The notes beneath the pieces were generated by a model. The model saw only the letters and a list, made by a program, of their open reading frames with translations. It had not been told where the DNA came from and did not search any database. This document shows positions 22,988-38,195 of a DNA stretch of 64,000 nucleotides, one piece after another. A program made the translations under genes and the position numbers. Each line of letters starts with the position of its first letter. Position 1 is the stretch's first letter. Source of the stretch: Felis catus (Eukaryota); the NCBI RefSeq assembly GCF_018350175.1, contig NC_058376.1:73036001-73100000 (forward strand), read 5' to 3'.

Positions 22988-23513
22988 TGATGCTGGATGG
23001 GGTTGAGGCCCTAGAGGGAGGGCCTCAGGCTCATCGCCAAGAGGATTCTTGGCTTTGCACAAGAAAGAATTTCAGAGCAAGCCATTTAGAGAAAGGGACA
23101 AAGATTTATTAAATATAGAAGAAAGGAGCTTTCTTACAAAGTAGTGGTCTCTCCTCCCAGTTGAGGAAGAGGACATCCCTTTGCCTCTAATAAATGGTTT
23201 TATAATTTTTTTTTTTAATTTGCTGGCGTGTAGGGAGGGGCTTACTCTTTAATTTTGGGTTTATCATTTTTATTGGGTGGTGAGTTTTTCCATTGTCTGG
23301 CGATTATGAAATTACCCACGGGGAGCAATTTTAAGAATGTCTGACCTTTGTGGCTTTTAGTGCTGGAGGGAATGGGATCTTGTGGTCTTCAGTGAGTTGG
23401 ATCTTGTAACTCTTTTTATGACCTGCTGACTGTTAGGTTAAGGGTCAGGCTAAAACCAAAATGGCTTTACTTTGGTCAGCTTGTCTCCCGAGTCTCCCTT
23501 CTCTCCTGCCTCA
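22988..23513 (-). mobile_element. ERV1-like solo LTR, antisense, in APOD intron 1
   Basis: Minus strand begins TGAGGCAGGAG and ends ...CA; CCAAT (23272-23276), TATAAAA (23198-23204) and AATAAA (23105-23110) are in LTR order. TSD not evident. Confidence 0.7.
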
Positions 23514-25654
23514 CTCACCGTCAGAAGATACTCAGTAAGTGCTGAGTGAACTAGAACGGACGGGACATGGAAAAGAAATTACGGATGCCATCAACTCTTT
23601 CTATCACAAAAAGTTTTAACCATAGGAATGAAACTACTGCAATAAAGAGACATCTTTGGAGGAGATATGTAAGCAAGGCTAAGAATTAGCCTTGCTCTGA
23701 AATCCTCCTACACAGCTAAAGCACATGTTTCAGCCCATAATAGAACATTTTGTAATAAGATATTTGTCAGAGTAAGACATGGGACTGACTTTTGGTGTTA
23801 ACTGTCCCATGGTGAAATGACGCTCATCAGGTTACAGAGGTAGGTGTTTACTGAAAGCCACCAAAGGTGGTGCACAGAAGGAAGCGTGGCTCAGGGTCAC
23901 TGCAGGACGGACAGCCACAGACAGTACCTGAGTCCCGGCCCTCTGCCCCTTCTGGCACTCAGCGTGACATCTGTACTCCCAGGGGCTGAGGGGTGGGGTG
24001 GAGAAAGGACCTCTTAAGTCCCGCCAGTTTGGGGGACCCTGTAGAATGTGCGTAATGTGTGACCATCCTTTGAGGTAAGATCTTCTGGCCGAGGCACTGA
24101 GCTTGAAGCCTACGGAGGCCCAAGAGTAGAGCTGCGCGGTTCTAAGAATTTCTTGGAAATGGATACAAATTTTTGTAAGTTTAGACAAATCCATCCATCG
24201 TCTCCCAAAAGATTAAAAGACAGGTGTTGTTTACGTGGTGGCAGGAGCTAATGGCAAATGGATTCTCAGAGAAGGTGCGGTCCTACCACAGACTTGGCTT
24301 GCTCAGAGGAGGCTCAGCGACCACCCCGCCCCCACCATCCCCAGCTGGCAGTTTTACTTGTTATGTAACTGTTCCTTTGAAAATGGGACGATAAAACCTC
24401 CAGAAGAAAAGCTATTGATTATTAAAGGTTATTTGGAGGTTTAACCATAATAAAGTGGTTATAATTATTCCTGTTATGACACATCCTTTTAAATGCTCAG
24501 ATCTGAGAACATTTTGCTTGCGTTGATTCGGTCTTCTTTATTGCGGGAGAAAGGCAAAGAGCTAGAAATAGCTCTTGTGCAGCTACAGGCAAGGAGTCAC
24601 AAGGAGGAGAATAGACTGAAGGCAAGTCAGGGAAAGAAGCAGGGAAGGTGCCTGGGCTGAAATGCGTGTTGCCAGCTATTAGTCCTTCTCTAGTTAAATG
24701 CATATCTACGTCCCTGTCAATGCACCTTTTAAAGAAGAAAAAAAAAAAAAAAAAGAAAAGAAAAAAAGAAATGAACATCTCTGAGAAGTATCCCCAACAG
24801 AATGCCAAAGAGAAATTCAGGAAGCAGTTATTCATTTCTGCTTTTCACGATAATAATAACTAGCATTTATTAAGCATTTCCTCTGTGTCAGACTTCACCC
24901 TAAATACTCTCTCTATAGTATCTCATTTAATTCTCACCGAACTTGGTGAGGTTGGTATGATTATTACCCCCACTTAATAGACCAGGAAACTAAAGCATAA
25001 AGTGTACAGTTATACTTAGCGTGTGGCAAGGTCTGCATTCAAACACAGTCAGGGTGACCCTGGGGTCCCCAGCACGCCACAGCCTGTTAAGGTTTCAGGC
25101 CTACTCCTGGGTTGGTAAGCAGCCCAGCAAGATGGGGCAGGAGTGGGGGGGGTGTAGATCAGGGAGGCACTTCTCTTATGAATCTCATAAGATACTAAAC
25201 GTGCATGGTTTGTGCTCATTTTTTTCTCTTGCATGGTTCACTTGACCGCTTCGACCTCCCCCTCGGCCTACCCCCACCCCACATTGTTTCTGTTCATCAA
25301 CAAGTATGGACTGTGCCTGACACCGCCAGGTTCTGTGGGCTCCCATCCTTGAAAAATGCATAATGGAGGGGGAGCAGTTGCAAAATAAATCCATCGAGCT
25401 CTAACACCAGGCAGAGCGTGCTCTGATGGAGGTACAAAGGTCGGGAGATGCTCCCAGGGGTGGAAGGCCTCACAGCAGGGTCGATGATGACGATTCAGGT
25501 GGCTCTGCAGGGTGACCGTTCAAAAGGGCTCAGGGGAAGGCCCCCAGAGAGGTCCCCAGAAATGTTCCCCTGGTGACTGCGTGTCCTCAGGGGGCTCAGA
25601 ACAGCTCTAGCTGCTTTGTTTCTCCTGACCCCAGGTTCCATCCAGAGCCCCAAG

Positions 25655-25777
25655 ATGATGACGGCGCTGCTGCTCTTTTCTGCTCTGGCCAGCCTCTTCA
25701 GTGCCGCAGACGGACAAGCCTTTCACCTTGGGAAATGCCCGACTCCTCCGGTGCAGGAGAATTTTGACGTGCACAAG
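25655..25777 (+). CDS. APOD: Apolipoprotein D, exon 2 (signal peptide + mature N-terminus); exon probably starts at 25635
   Basis: MMTALLLFSALASLFSAADG-QAFHLGKCPTPPVQENFDVHK; 123 nt; donor gt at 25778. Confidence 0.97.
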
Positions 25778-26149
25778 GTGTGGCAAAAGTCTCAACTCCC
25801 GTTTGTTTTGCCTCCCATTTGAATAAGCATCCTCTAGGATTCAGTGTTAGTTTTCTGCTTTGATTGCCACAGCAAGCCTTGGGGTAGGTACTTATCTTAC
25901 TGGGGCATCCCCCAAAGCAGGCTCTGAGACCAAGAACTGGGGAGCAGAGGGTTTTGGGAAGCCGATCCAGGAAGCACTGTGGGCATGTGGGGAAACTGAG
26001 AGAAGGCAGAACGGCAATAAAAGATGGCATTCCTGAACAGTAACACTGTTAACAGAGGGGTTCAGTCCTGCTGGGAATCCTCTGAGGAAACGTGTAGAAT
26101 GTTCCTCGGATCGTCCCACGGAAACGATTTTCCAAAAGCGCTGCATGCA

Positions 26150-27083
26150 CTATTGTACGTTCCCATCAGCCGTGTATATAATACCAATTTCTCCTTATCT
26201 TTGTCGACACTTGCTATTGTCATCCTTTTGGTTGTAATCATNNNNNNNNNNNNNNNNNNNNNNNNNNNNNNNNNNNNNNNNNNNNNNNNNNNNNNNNNNN
26301 NNNNNNNNNNNNNNNNNNNNNNNNNNNNNNNNNNNNNNNNNNNNNNNNNNNNNNNNNNNNNNNNNNNNNNNNNNNNNNNNNATTTTTAAGTTGGGTTACT
26401 TATCTTTTTAATTATTGAGCTCTGAGAGTTCTTTATATGTTCTAGATACAAGTCTCTTATCAGATACATGATTTGAAAATATTTCCCCCCATTCTGTGGA
26501 TTGCTTTTTCACTTTATTAATGTGTCTTTTGAAGCGCAAAAGTTTCCAATATTAACGGAGTCTAGTTTATCTATTTTTCTCCTTTCTTGCTTATACGTTT
26601 GGTATCTAAAACACCATTGCCTAATGCAAGGTTATGATTTTTATTTCTATATTTTCTTATAAGAGGTTTATAGTTTTAATCCTTACATTTAATTTCGTGC
26701 TCCATTTTGAGTTAAGCTTTTTATATAGTGTGATATAGAAGTCCAACTTTATTATTTTGCCAGTGGATATTCAGTTGCCCAGAACTATTTGCTGAGAAGA
26801 CTATTCTTTCCCCATCGAACAGTGTTGGCATCCTTGTTGAAAATCAATTGGACATTTATGTAACAGCTTATTTTTAGACTCTCAATTCTATTTTATTGTT
26901 TTATGTGTCTATCTTTATGCCAGTGCTATACAGTATTGATTACTATAGCTTTGTAGTAAGTTTTGAAATTAGAATATATGACGCCTCCAACTTTATTCTT
27001 CTGGCTATTCTAAGTCCTTTGCATTTCCATATGAATTTTAGGATCTGTTTGTCAATTTAGTGAAGAAGCAGAGTTTTCTTTTG

Positions 27084-27118
<35 letters not shown>

Positions 27119-27545
27119 TAATAGAGAATGCATTGAATCTAGATCTATCTGGAGAATATTGTCATCTTAACAATTTTAAGCCTTCCAATCCCTGAACATA
27201 GGTTATCTTTCCATTTAATTTCTTATTTATTTAGGTCTTATTGAATTTCTTTCAACAATATTTCATAGTTTTCAGAGTATAAGTTTTGTGTTTCTTTGGT
27301 TAAATACTTATTCCTAAGTATTTTATTCTTTTGATGCTATTGTAAATGGAATTTTCATAATTTACAGAGTGTTCATTTTAAGTGTAGAAAGCCATTTGGT
27401 TTCTGTGTATTGATCTTGTATCCCTTAACCTTGCTAGCTTCATTTATTAGTTCTAATAGTTTGTGTGTGTGTGTGGATTCCTTAGGATTTTTTATACACA
27501 AAATCATGTTATCTGGAAATAGAGATAGTTTTACCTCTTCCTTTA
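26150..27545 (-). mobile_element. Old L1M ORF2 fragment (spans a gap)
   Basis: Reverse L1 sequence; ORF 27373-27555 reads KEEVKLSLFPDNMILCIKNPKES, the L1 RT region. Confidence 0.85.
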
Positions 27546-27558
27546 CAGGATTCATTTT

Positions 27559-28511
27559 TTTTTTATTTTATTTTTTATTTTTTAAAATTTACGGGGTGCC
27601 TGGGTGGCTCAGTCAGTTAAGTGTCCAACTTCAGCTCAGGTCATGACCTCACAGTCTGTGAGTTCAAGCCCTGCGTTGGGCTCTGTGCTGACAGCTCGGA
27701 GCCTGGAGCCTGCTTCGGATTCTGTGTCTGCCTCTCTCTCTCTGCCCCTCCCATGCTCATGCTCTGTCTCTCTCTGTCTCAAAAATAAATAAAAACATTT
27801 TAAAAAATTTACATCCAAATTAGTTAGCATATAGTGCAACAATGATTTCAGGAGTAGATTCCTTAGTGCCCCTTACCCGTTTAGCCCATCCCCCCTCCCA
27901 CAACCCCTCCAGTAACCCTCAGTTTGTTCTCCATATTTATGAGTCTCTTCTGTTTTGTCCCCTCCCTGTTTTTATATTATTTTTGTTTCCCTTCCCTTAT
28001 GGTCATCTGTTTTGTCTCTTAAAGTCCTCATATGAGTGAAGTCATAGGATTTTTGTCTTTCTCTGACTAATTTCACTTAGCATAATACCCTTGAGTTCCA
28101 TCCACGTAGTTGCAAATGGCAAGATTTCATTCTTTTTTTTTCATAGGATTTTTGTCTTTCTCTGACTAATTTCACTTAGCATAATACCCTCGAGTTCCAT
28201 CCACGTAGTTGCAAATGGCAAGATTTCATTCTTTTTGATTGCCGAGTAATACTCCATTGTATATATATAGCACATCTTCTTTATCCATTCCTCCATCGAT
28301 GGACATTTGGGCTCTTTCCATACTTTGGCTATTGTTGATAGTGCTGCTGTAAACATGGGGGTACATGTGTCCCTTCGAAACAGCACACCTGTATTCCTTG
28401 GATAAATGCCTAGTAGTGCAATTGCTGGGTCGTAGAGTAGTTCTATTTTTAGTTTTTTGAGGAACCTCCATACTGTTTTCCAGAGTGGCTGCACCAGCTT
28501 GCATTCCCATC
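27559..28511 (-). mobile_element. 5'-truncated carnivore L1 (ORF2 C-terminus + 3' UTR) with a + strand Can-SINE (27593-~27803) in its tail
   Basis: ORF 28141-28530 [24 protein letters not shown]...; TSD caggattcatttt at 27546-27558 and 28512-28524; SINE TSD aaaatttac. Confidence 0.93.
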
Positions 28512-29039
28512 CAGGATTCATTTTAAACATTGCATTCTTCTTATATGGATAGAGAAACTGGGACCCACAAACGTGAAAAAGTTTTCACAAAAATATTGTG
28601 AAATTATAAGGGAGCGTGACATAAAAAGCAATCTGCCACCTTTCAGTTTCCCCTTTTCTAGAAAATCATGCTTCCTCGGTTTTAATTATGGAGCACTGAA
28701 GTCACTTTAACAATAATAGAACCATTTTAAATGCTCTGTATAAAATGGAGTGTGTTTTTGAGAATGCCTATGAAACCAACTGACCTTTAACCGTATTTTT
28801 TGGTGCCTTCAATGAATGTTAATTTCAGTGGTTTTAATTGAAAGATGTGCCTTTAATAAATGAGTGGAAATTTTAGGTCATAAACGTGGGTATATATTTG
28901 AGCAAAGAGCCATGTGACCGAAGCCGTACTGCCACCTGTTTGCAGTACTCTCATTTCCACTTCTCACTTTTTGAAGGTGAGTGCGTCTCTGATTTTCTTT
29001 TGTTGAGTAATACATTTTTAAATTTAAAAATACTTTCAA

Positions 29040-29258
29040 GGGGCGCCTGGGTGGCGCAGTTGGTTAAGCGTCCGACTTCAGCCAGGTCACGATCTCGCCG
29101 TCCGTGAGTTCGAGCCCCGCGTCGGGCTCTGGGCTGATGGCTCAGAGCCTGGAGCCTGTTTCCGATCCTGTGTCTCCCTCTCTCTCTGCCCCTCCCCCGT
29201 TCATGCTCTGTCTCTCTCTGTCCCAAAAATAAATAAACGTTGAAAAAAAAATAAAAAT
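29040..29258 (+). mobile_element. Young SINEC_Fc-type Can-SINE
   Basis: Near-consensus; TSD aaaaatactttcaa. Confidence 0.96.
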
Positions 29259-29464
29259 AAAAATACTTTCAATTAATATTTTGAGTAAGTAAATATGGTC
29301 ACATGGATCAAAATCCTAAAGGTGCCAGAGAACATACAATGAAGCTCTTCTCCTACCCCTTTTCCCCTCCTACCTCAGTTTCTTTCCCCAGTAGTAACCA
29401 GTAAAATCATTTAATTGTGTATCTTTTGGGAGCGAATGTATATGTTCACGAATACATACATAAC

Positions 29465-29944
29465 TGCAGTAGGCAGAACGATGCCCTCACCCTAATGCCT
29501 GCAACCTGTGACTGTGCCACCGTACACGGAAAGGGGGGTTTGCCGATGTGATTAAAGTTATAGACTTGGAGATGGCAGGCATGGCCTGGGTTATCCAGAA
29601 AGGACCAATCAAATCGTTGAAAGCAGAGAACCTTCCCCAACTGTAGTCAGAGAGGTGTGACAATGGAACAAGAATCAGAGAGATGCAATGTGAAAAGACT
29701 TTCACCTGCATTTGCTGGCTCTGAAGATGGAGGAAGGAGTTCACAACCCAAAAAATGCGGGTGGCCTCAACAACTCGGACAAGGCAAGAAGACAGAGTCC
29801 TCTAGAGCCTATAGGAAGGAACACAGCCCTGCCAACACCTTGATTTTAACCAAACTCACTCGATGTACAGACCTGTGAGACCATAAATTTGGGTTGTTTT
29901 AGGCTTCTGGTAAATTGTTACAGCAGCAATAGAAAATGAATATA
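29465..29944 (+). mobile_element. MLT1-type (MaLR) solo LTR within an old L1 fragment
   Basis: tgcagtaggcagaacgatg...gatgtgattaaagtta...gttacagcagcaatagaaaatgaatata. Confidence 0.8.
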
Positions 29945-30040
29945 ATAATCTTTCCTCCCATTTTTACATATACACTATTTTTCACCTAGCTCTTTTTCCA
30001 TTGTATGTATCTTGGAGATAATTGCACAGGACTCCTTAAA

Positions 30041-30252
30041 ATTTTTTTTAACGTTTATTTATTTTTGAGAGACTGAGAGAGAGAGAGAGAGAGAGAGACC
30101 AAGCATGAGCTGGGAAGGGGCAGAGAGAGAGGGAGACACAGAATCCGAAGTAGGCTCCAGGCTCCAGGCTGACAGCACAGAGCCCACAAACCGTGAGATC
30201 ATGACCTGAGGCGAAGTCGGACACTCAACCGACGGAGCCACCCAGGCGCCCC
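30041..30252 (-). mobile_element. Can-SINE
   Basis: Reverse SINE flanked by gactcctt(t)aaaa. Confidence 0.92.
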
Positions 30253-31044
30253 GCATCTGACTCCTTTAAAAGAGGGTGTGTAACATTCCATTATATGGAT
30301 GTGCCATAATTTATTTACCTAGTCCCCTACGAATGCTCAGACTCTAGTTTCCCGTATTTTGTTCTTACAATAGTACCACAACAAATAACCTGACATATGC
30401 ATCATTTCTTTTTCTTATTATCCGGAGGTTACATTTCCAGAAGTGAAATTGCTTTGCTAGATATTGCCAACTTGCCCTCCACGAAGGTTGTAAATTGGAG
30501 CAATCTCCATGCAAGGCGATGCATGGAACTGTGAACATGCCTTTCTCCCCCTCCCCCACAACAATGCGCACTTCTTTAGAGTTGACTCTGTACACGAAGT
30601 TATGAACTGAGACCATACGCCCCGTGGTATCAGTCTTCTAAGTCCTGATCACCTGCCAAAAGTTTTTGTGTCCACCTCCCTGTGCGAGGTCTTATGAGGA
30701 GAATGCAACCAACTCTGGAGTCCCAGTTCCCCACAGTGAATATATCTGACTTGCACACAACTCGAAGATGCCTCGTAGAATCACAAAATGTCTGAGATGG
30801 CACCTTCCATCATCTGGACTCCTCTCTCTCTTTCACAGAGTTTAGAATTTCACATAGATTTTGGCTGGAGGGGCCACTGACAGCATATCTAAATAAAGAG
30901 CACTTTAGGAATAAAATGTGGCATTCAACCAATGCCTGCACATCCGATTCACTTACTCTCATTTGAATCAATATCTTGCTCAGTTGCTGTAAGAACAATG
31001 CAGCCCATTTTGCTTGGTTTCCCCAGGAAAGGGCTCTGCTCTAA

Positions 31045-31242
<198 letters not shown>

Positions 31243-33757
31243 TGAGTGGCTGTGGTTTCAAAAGCAACACAGTCCTGGAGCCAGCCTGCAGAGAGTTGTC
31301 CTGGGGTGACTGGGTGTCCTTGCGATCTCGTTAAGGGGGGTGGTGCAGATGTTGCTGGGTCTGCCCTGCCTGCTCACAGCAGGTCCTAAGATGAAAGTTT
31401 TTGGCAAGCAGAATGGTGGGGACGAGAAGCCACTCATTTATTTGCGTGACCACTTGCTGAGCATCTTTTTGTATTGTGGGCTCCCTTGAGTGTTGTGTAC
31501 TTATTATATGTGTACTCCCTATGAGAGGCACTAGGAACTCAATGGGAATCCAAACTGCAGGGTTCCTGCTCTCATAGCAAAATAGATACTCTGGTAGCAA
31601 AGGATGAGGGGGAGGGGGCACAAGGGGGGTGGGGAGGGGGACCATCTCATCTGATCTCCAAACTAAGAACAAAGCCCTTTCTATATTATCTACTAACAGA
31701 AGACATCCAGCTCTACCTGACTCCTTCCGGGAACTGGGAGCTTATTGCCTTCCATGACAATTTATTTCATCTCCAGACAGCTTTAACTATTAGAAAACTC
31801 CTTTTCTTGTTAAGCAAGAATCAAATACATGGTCACATTCTAGGTTATGAGAACAGGATCGCCTATAGAAGTATAATTTTCTGATACTGAAATACAGATT
31901 TCTATTTGATATGAGAATTCATACTTTAGAAAGCAAACAGAAACTTTAAAAAGCCGCAGAAAGAGCTCCTACCAACCTTCTATCAACAAAGATAAGAGCA
32001 ACAATAAACAATAGTAACAAATACTAAGTATTCCCTAAATGCAAGGCACTATTCTGTATGTGTACGTATATATACATGTGTGTACATATATGTATATATG
32101 TAAATGAATATATATTTATTTAATTCCCATAACAACCCTGAGTACCTACTATTATCAACCCCACACTTATAGATGAGGAAACTGAGGTACAGAGAGGGAA
32201 AGTAATTTGCCCAAGGGCCACACAGCTTGTAAGCAACAAAGCTAAGATTCAAACCCAGGGAGAAGTGAAATGGGGAAGAGAACAGAAGACAAATGGAAGA
32301 AAGGCTGGGGTGAAGGGCTGTCCTTCTTGTTCCCTACAGGACCTGAGAACTGTGCTCAACTCCAAGAAAACAATTATAACCCAGCATGGAAGTTACTCAG
32401 GCTCCGAGAGGCTTTGTGTGGCCATCTTGTTATCCACTAAGCTTTCTGTGAGCCAGAACATAAGTGGGTTGACTCCCTGCCTTCATAAACCATAGAAATA
32501 AAGTTAAGAATCTCAAGGGCCTCTAAAGATAAAAACAGATTATTTTAGAGCCCAGAGAAGGATTGAGATGCAGACCTCCATCTAAAGTTGCAATGACTTC
32601 ATTTCAAATATTTTGTCCCATTCTATGACCAAGAGTCAGACAGTGACGTTGATCTCAAAACCCACAAGATTTTTCCACCTCTCCTTCGGAGCCGGCCAGG
32701 AGTCCTCTTTAACTGTATCTTGAGTATTAGGTTGCTCTGCCTGTAGGGTCACGTTTGTTTAAGATGCAAGGGCACATGGAGAAAGGTTTGCTGGTTCAGG
32801 AGCGTGGTATGGCTTCTCCCTTCAGGAATACTACAGGATGGGCAGAGGCACAGCACAGAGTCTGAGCAAAGTACTCTTAGCCAGTGTCAGAGAATTTGAG
32901 GGCAAAAGCAGCTGGCACGGGCCTGGGAGCCGAAGGGCTCAGGCTTTGGAGTTAGGCTGCCCCATTTCAAATCCTGGTTCTGCCAGTTACTAATGATGTG
33001 ATCTTAGGTTAGTTATGGTAATACTCTAGGTCTCAGTTTGCTCTCAGTAAAGTGACATTAATCATAGAACCTCCCTGCATAGGGCTTTGTGAGCATCAGA
33101 TGAGGTAACGCATGTAAATTGCTTAGAACAGGGTTTGGTGTGTAGAAATTATTTAATTAATACTATGTATTACTATTAATCTGCTGAGACCCTTGAAAAT
33201 ACAAATGTATTTTTCCCATGAACAAATTGTGCATTTACGATCAGAGACTGGTGTTTTGAAAACTGTTCTGGCCAAAACATAAATGATGATGAAAAGCAGG
33301 AAAGTCTGCCAAGAAGAGGCTGGTTTGTTGCTAAGCAACTGCATGCAGATAGAAATGGACCATCTTCCTGTTCTCCCTGCTGAGTTTCAGGTGACAGAGG
33401 AAGGGATGGTTCCCAGCCCTACTTGATGATAAACAGACTATGCATCCAGGAGCATCTGAATACATTTCTCATCCTTCCTTACCTGTTGCTTATTATCTGG
33501 TTTCTGGGACATCCGTCACCACTAACCATAGCCTACTGACTTTCTAACACACGCTGTTGCTCTAACTTTTGTTCTGTGCCCCCTTGAGGACTGATGAACA
33601 GGCTCCTCCTCTGTCAGCTTCCTAGGAAGAGCACTGTGATATGTGAGTGCCCTCCCCTCAGTGCTTCCGTGCCCTCCCCTCAGTGCCTCCTCTCCCCCAG
33701 GTCCACAGAGTCATTGGGAGTTGCTAAAAACTGGAGCCACTCTTTCAAAAGAGTGAA

Positions 33758-33872
33758 AGTATTTCATCCAATCGAAGACCATCACTTTTAAGACACACCA
33801 CCATTTTATATACCACTAAGAAAGAAATGACACTGCGAATTGTAAGGTGGCATTTGTTGCAAGATGTGCATT
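33758..33872. mobile_element. MER104-like Tc2 MITE (a second copy at ~63640-63810)
   Basis: gtatttcatc...cattttatataccactaagaaagaaa... Confidence 0.6.
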
Positions 33873-34452
33873 TCTGCACATTTAATGTCTCTGAGAATCA
33901 CTGAGGTGAGGTTAATATTTCCTCACTGCCTGCTTTTACCTGGCCTATGTTGAAATCTCCCATACTCAGTCAGAAGCTTGCAGGCCTGGATAGGGGTCTC
34001 AGAGCTCAGGTGTATGGATGGCTTTATGGGTCAGATGATGTCATATGATGTCACTGAGGCCCCAAGAGCAAGGAAAGCGTGCAGATCTCCAGACTTCGAG
34101 TAATCATGTCAGTCCTTGTTTTTCCCTTTGGCCCATTCTCATTTTTAAAGAAGTAAATCTTCTTGGTGTATAGGGTTGTTTCGTTTGTGTTCCCTTCTCT
34201 TTTACTCCCTCCCTCTGCAGCCTGAGAGCAGGAAATAGCCTTGTAGGACTCAAAACACAGCACAGAAGTGTTAGGGCCTAACATATCATCCAGTCCTGGA
34301 GCATTTCAGTTATTGCTTCTTATCACCCAGGGCCATCTTCCTCTGCTTGGTCTCAGAGACAGTGACAGAGGAAAGAGCCTCCCTAACCAGAAATCACAAT
34401 CTTGGCCACCCTGATGCTTAGTGGCCTTTCATTGATTTTTGGCTTCCATTGA

Positions 34453-34749
<297 letters not shown>

Positions 34750-37410
34750 TGAGCACCTACTATGTGCCATGCTTGGGTCTAGGCACCAAAGATGTGATGA
34801 TGAGCAAGACAGAGCTGGCCCTTGGCCCTGAGAGGCTTATATCCCATGTGGATACTGACAAGTATGCAGGCAAGTTACTGTAAAACTACCGTGTTTCAAT
34901 AAAGGCAGCACAAATTGTAGCACCCGGGGAGAGCAGTAGGGCACCAGCCTAGACTAGTTTCCCAGAGGGAATGGAGGCCTGAAATATTAGTAGCCAGTAG
35001 TAGTTAGTTGTTAGTAGTGGTATTATCAGCAGAACAATTCACCTGTGCAAAGGCTTGGACACAAGAGATGACAAGAGTGAAGGTAAGTTTGAGCCCTGGC
35101 TCTATCTGCCACTTTCTCACCACACTTTAGGGTTCCCTGAGAGATATTTGATCACGAGCATTTGTCCTCTGAGCTCTGGCTTAACTGGGGAAAGCACACA
35201 GACAACAGAGAAAGCACCAAATTTTTAGTTTACTGTTGATATAGATACACTGCAGAAGCCAGCTCAGAAATGTGAGACTTTCTTTTACCGAGAGTGCTTC
35301 AGGGCCCCTCTCCCCACCCAAGGGGCAGACACCGCAGTCACAGCGGTAAGAAGAATCACTGTCCCCCAGCCCGCTCCCCCTTCAAGTCCCTAGAGTAGGG
35401 CAGTGAGGAAGTTCTTATTTTATAGACCAACATAGGAATGCTGGGAGATGAAAATAATTCTTCCCACACATGTGACCATGGGCAACTAACTTCACTTCTG
35501 CGCCCAGTATTCTAAGGGTAAATGAGATAGCACATGCTCTGTAAACTGTAAGGGACTTTGTGCATCTCAGCCTTTCTTGTTATTTTTACAAAGAAGAACG
35601 TCAAAGGGCAGAAAAGCTAGGTGATATAGGCAAGGTCGCTAGACCATTTAGAGGCAGAGTCGGGACCAAAACGAAGGTCTCCCAAACTCTCCACTGAGGA
35701 AGGGGGGATGGGAGTGAAGGCCAAATACTATGTGCACGACCTTCACAAGGAGGCCCCGTAACAGGAGCTATAGGAGGCAGGAGCTGCTGGCAGGGGAAAC
35801 AGAGGAGGAAGAGATTCACTCTGGTTGAAGGGATCAGGTGTTTGCATTAGGTCTTCCAGGGTGTGGAGGAGACTACGGGAAAGGCTTTCCCAGGAGGAGG
35901 AATGGCTTGAGGAAAGGTCTGGAGAGAGAAGCCTAGAGGATGGGCGGGTACATGGAGCACGAGACAAGACTGGGAAGAGCCTCAAAAGCCATGTAATGGG
36001 TTGACGTGCCTTCCATAAGCAGTAGGAGACGGTCAGAGTTTTCAGATAATAAAGAGATGTGGAAGTTTTCTTTGCTATGAGGAAATGTCTGGGTAAATGT
36101 ATGCTTGAGAGCTAGACCCTGTGGGAGGAAGACGGCGTGTGAATGTGTGGCTCTGTGCAGGCGGGGCGCGTTGCCTTGGCAGGAAGAAGTTGGAAGACAT
36201 ATTTCCCCCAAACCACTCAGGGTTGCAGAGTTCCCAGTCCAGCTGGGAACACACAAAAGCAGTGGAAATTCAAAGGTCGCAGATCTGTGATGAATACAAG
36301 CTCTCAATAGTGAGCCTGGCAGGCAGGCACCAATGGCGCTAGAAAGGTAAGTCAGGGCCCACTCAGTGTGGGCCCTGTAGCCTTATGCAGGCTTCTGTCC
36401 AGATGTCCTCCAACTGTCCTTCTGTTTTCATATTTGTAAACAGGTAGAAAGTCAGAGGTAGGAGGGACCTCAGTGCGTGGTCATCTGGACTAGCCCTCTT
36501 GTGTTGTCCTGATAACCAGCTGGGTCCCTGACACCCAGCCAAGTTCTAATCTCTTACACCCTGCCTCTTTTGTCCAGCTTCTCATGGTCATTCACGAGTG
36601 CTGAGATCTGGTTTGACTTAGCAAAGAGAGGGATTATTTTTGAGTGGAGGAGGTGGGTTGCTTGAAACCCAAGAAAGCAGATTGTGTCCAAATCTTTTGT
36701 CTTATGGGGTCAGTTCACAGCTTTCTCCCATTTGGGCCCATTTTCCACTTAACTTTAACAAGTTGGGCTATGACATTTCCTTGGCTTGGACCTTGGCTGT
36801 GGAGGTCAAATTCACAGAGGAAGTCTCTGGATTCAAACGGAGAAGGTAAATCCTCCCCCTCTCTTGTTGTAAGGACCCTTTAAGGCTAAGCTTTCAACAC
36901 TGTGCAGACCTCTGTCAATGAATCTTCATGGGCCCCTTGTGAGGAGGAGTTTATAACCTGTTACCACCTGATTTACCATATTCTTGAGAGCAAAAGAACT
37001 TTCGAAGGTCACACAGAAAGAAAATAAACACACCAACATTAGCCCTTACTTCCTTTCTCAGACAGGTTCTAGAGGAAATTGGGAAGTACAGACTTGGAAA
37101 GCCTGGGGGCCCCTGACCTTGCCATCTTAACTCCACTTAGCTAAGTGGTGCCTACTGGTGCTAAGTGCAGCCTGTTAGTCTAAGAGGTCTGGCAAAACAC
37201 CCCATTACTGTAGCTTTCTGCAGACTGATGTGTTATCAGGGAAGAAGGATCCAGAAGGATGGCTCTAAGCTTTGGCTGCACATTAGAATCATGGGGGAGC
37301 CTTCAAGAGTACCAACCACCTCCACCTCAGTCTGGAGAAACATGGCCTAGTATTTGTCAAAGTTCCCATAAGATTCCTACATAAAGCCAGAATTAAGAAC
37401 CACTACTCTT

Positions 37411-38195
<785 letters not shown>

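Noticed and set aside
28141-28530. 129-aa ORF as a host gene
   Set aside because: It is the C-terminus of L1 ORF2 in a 5'-truncated copy.
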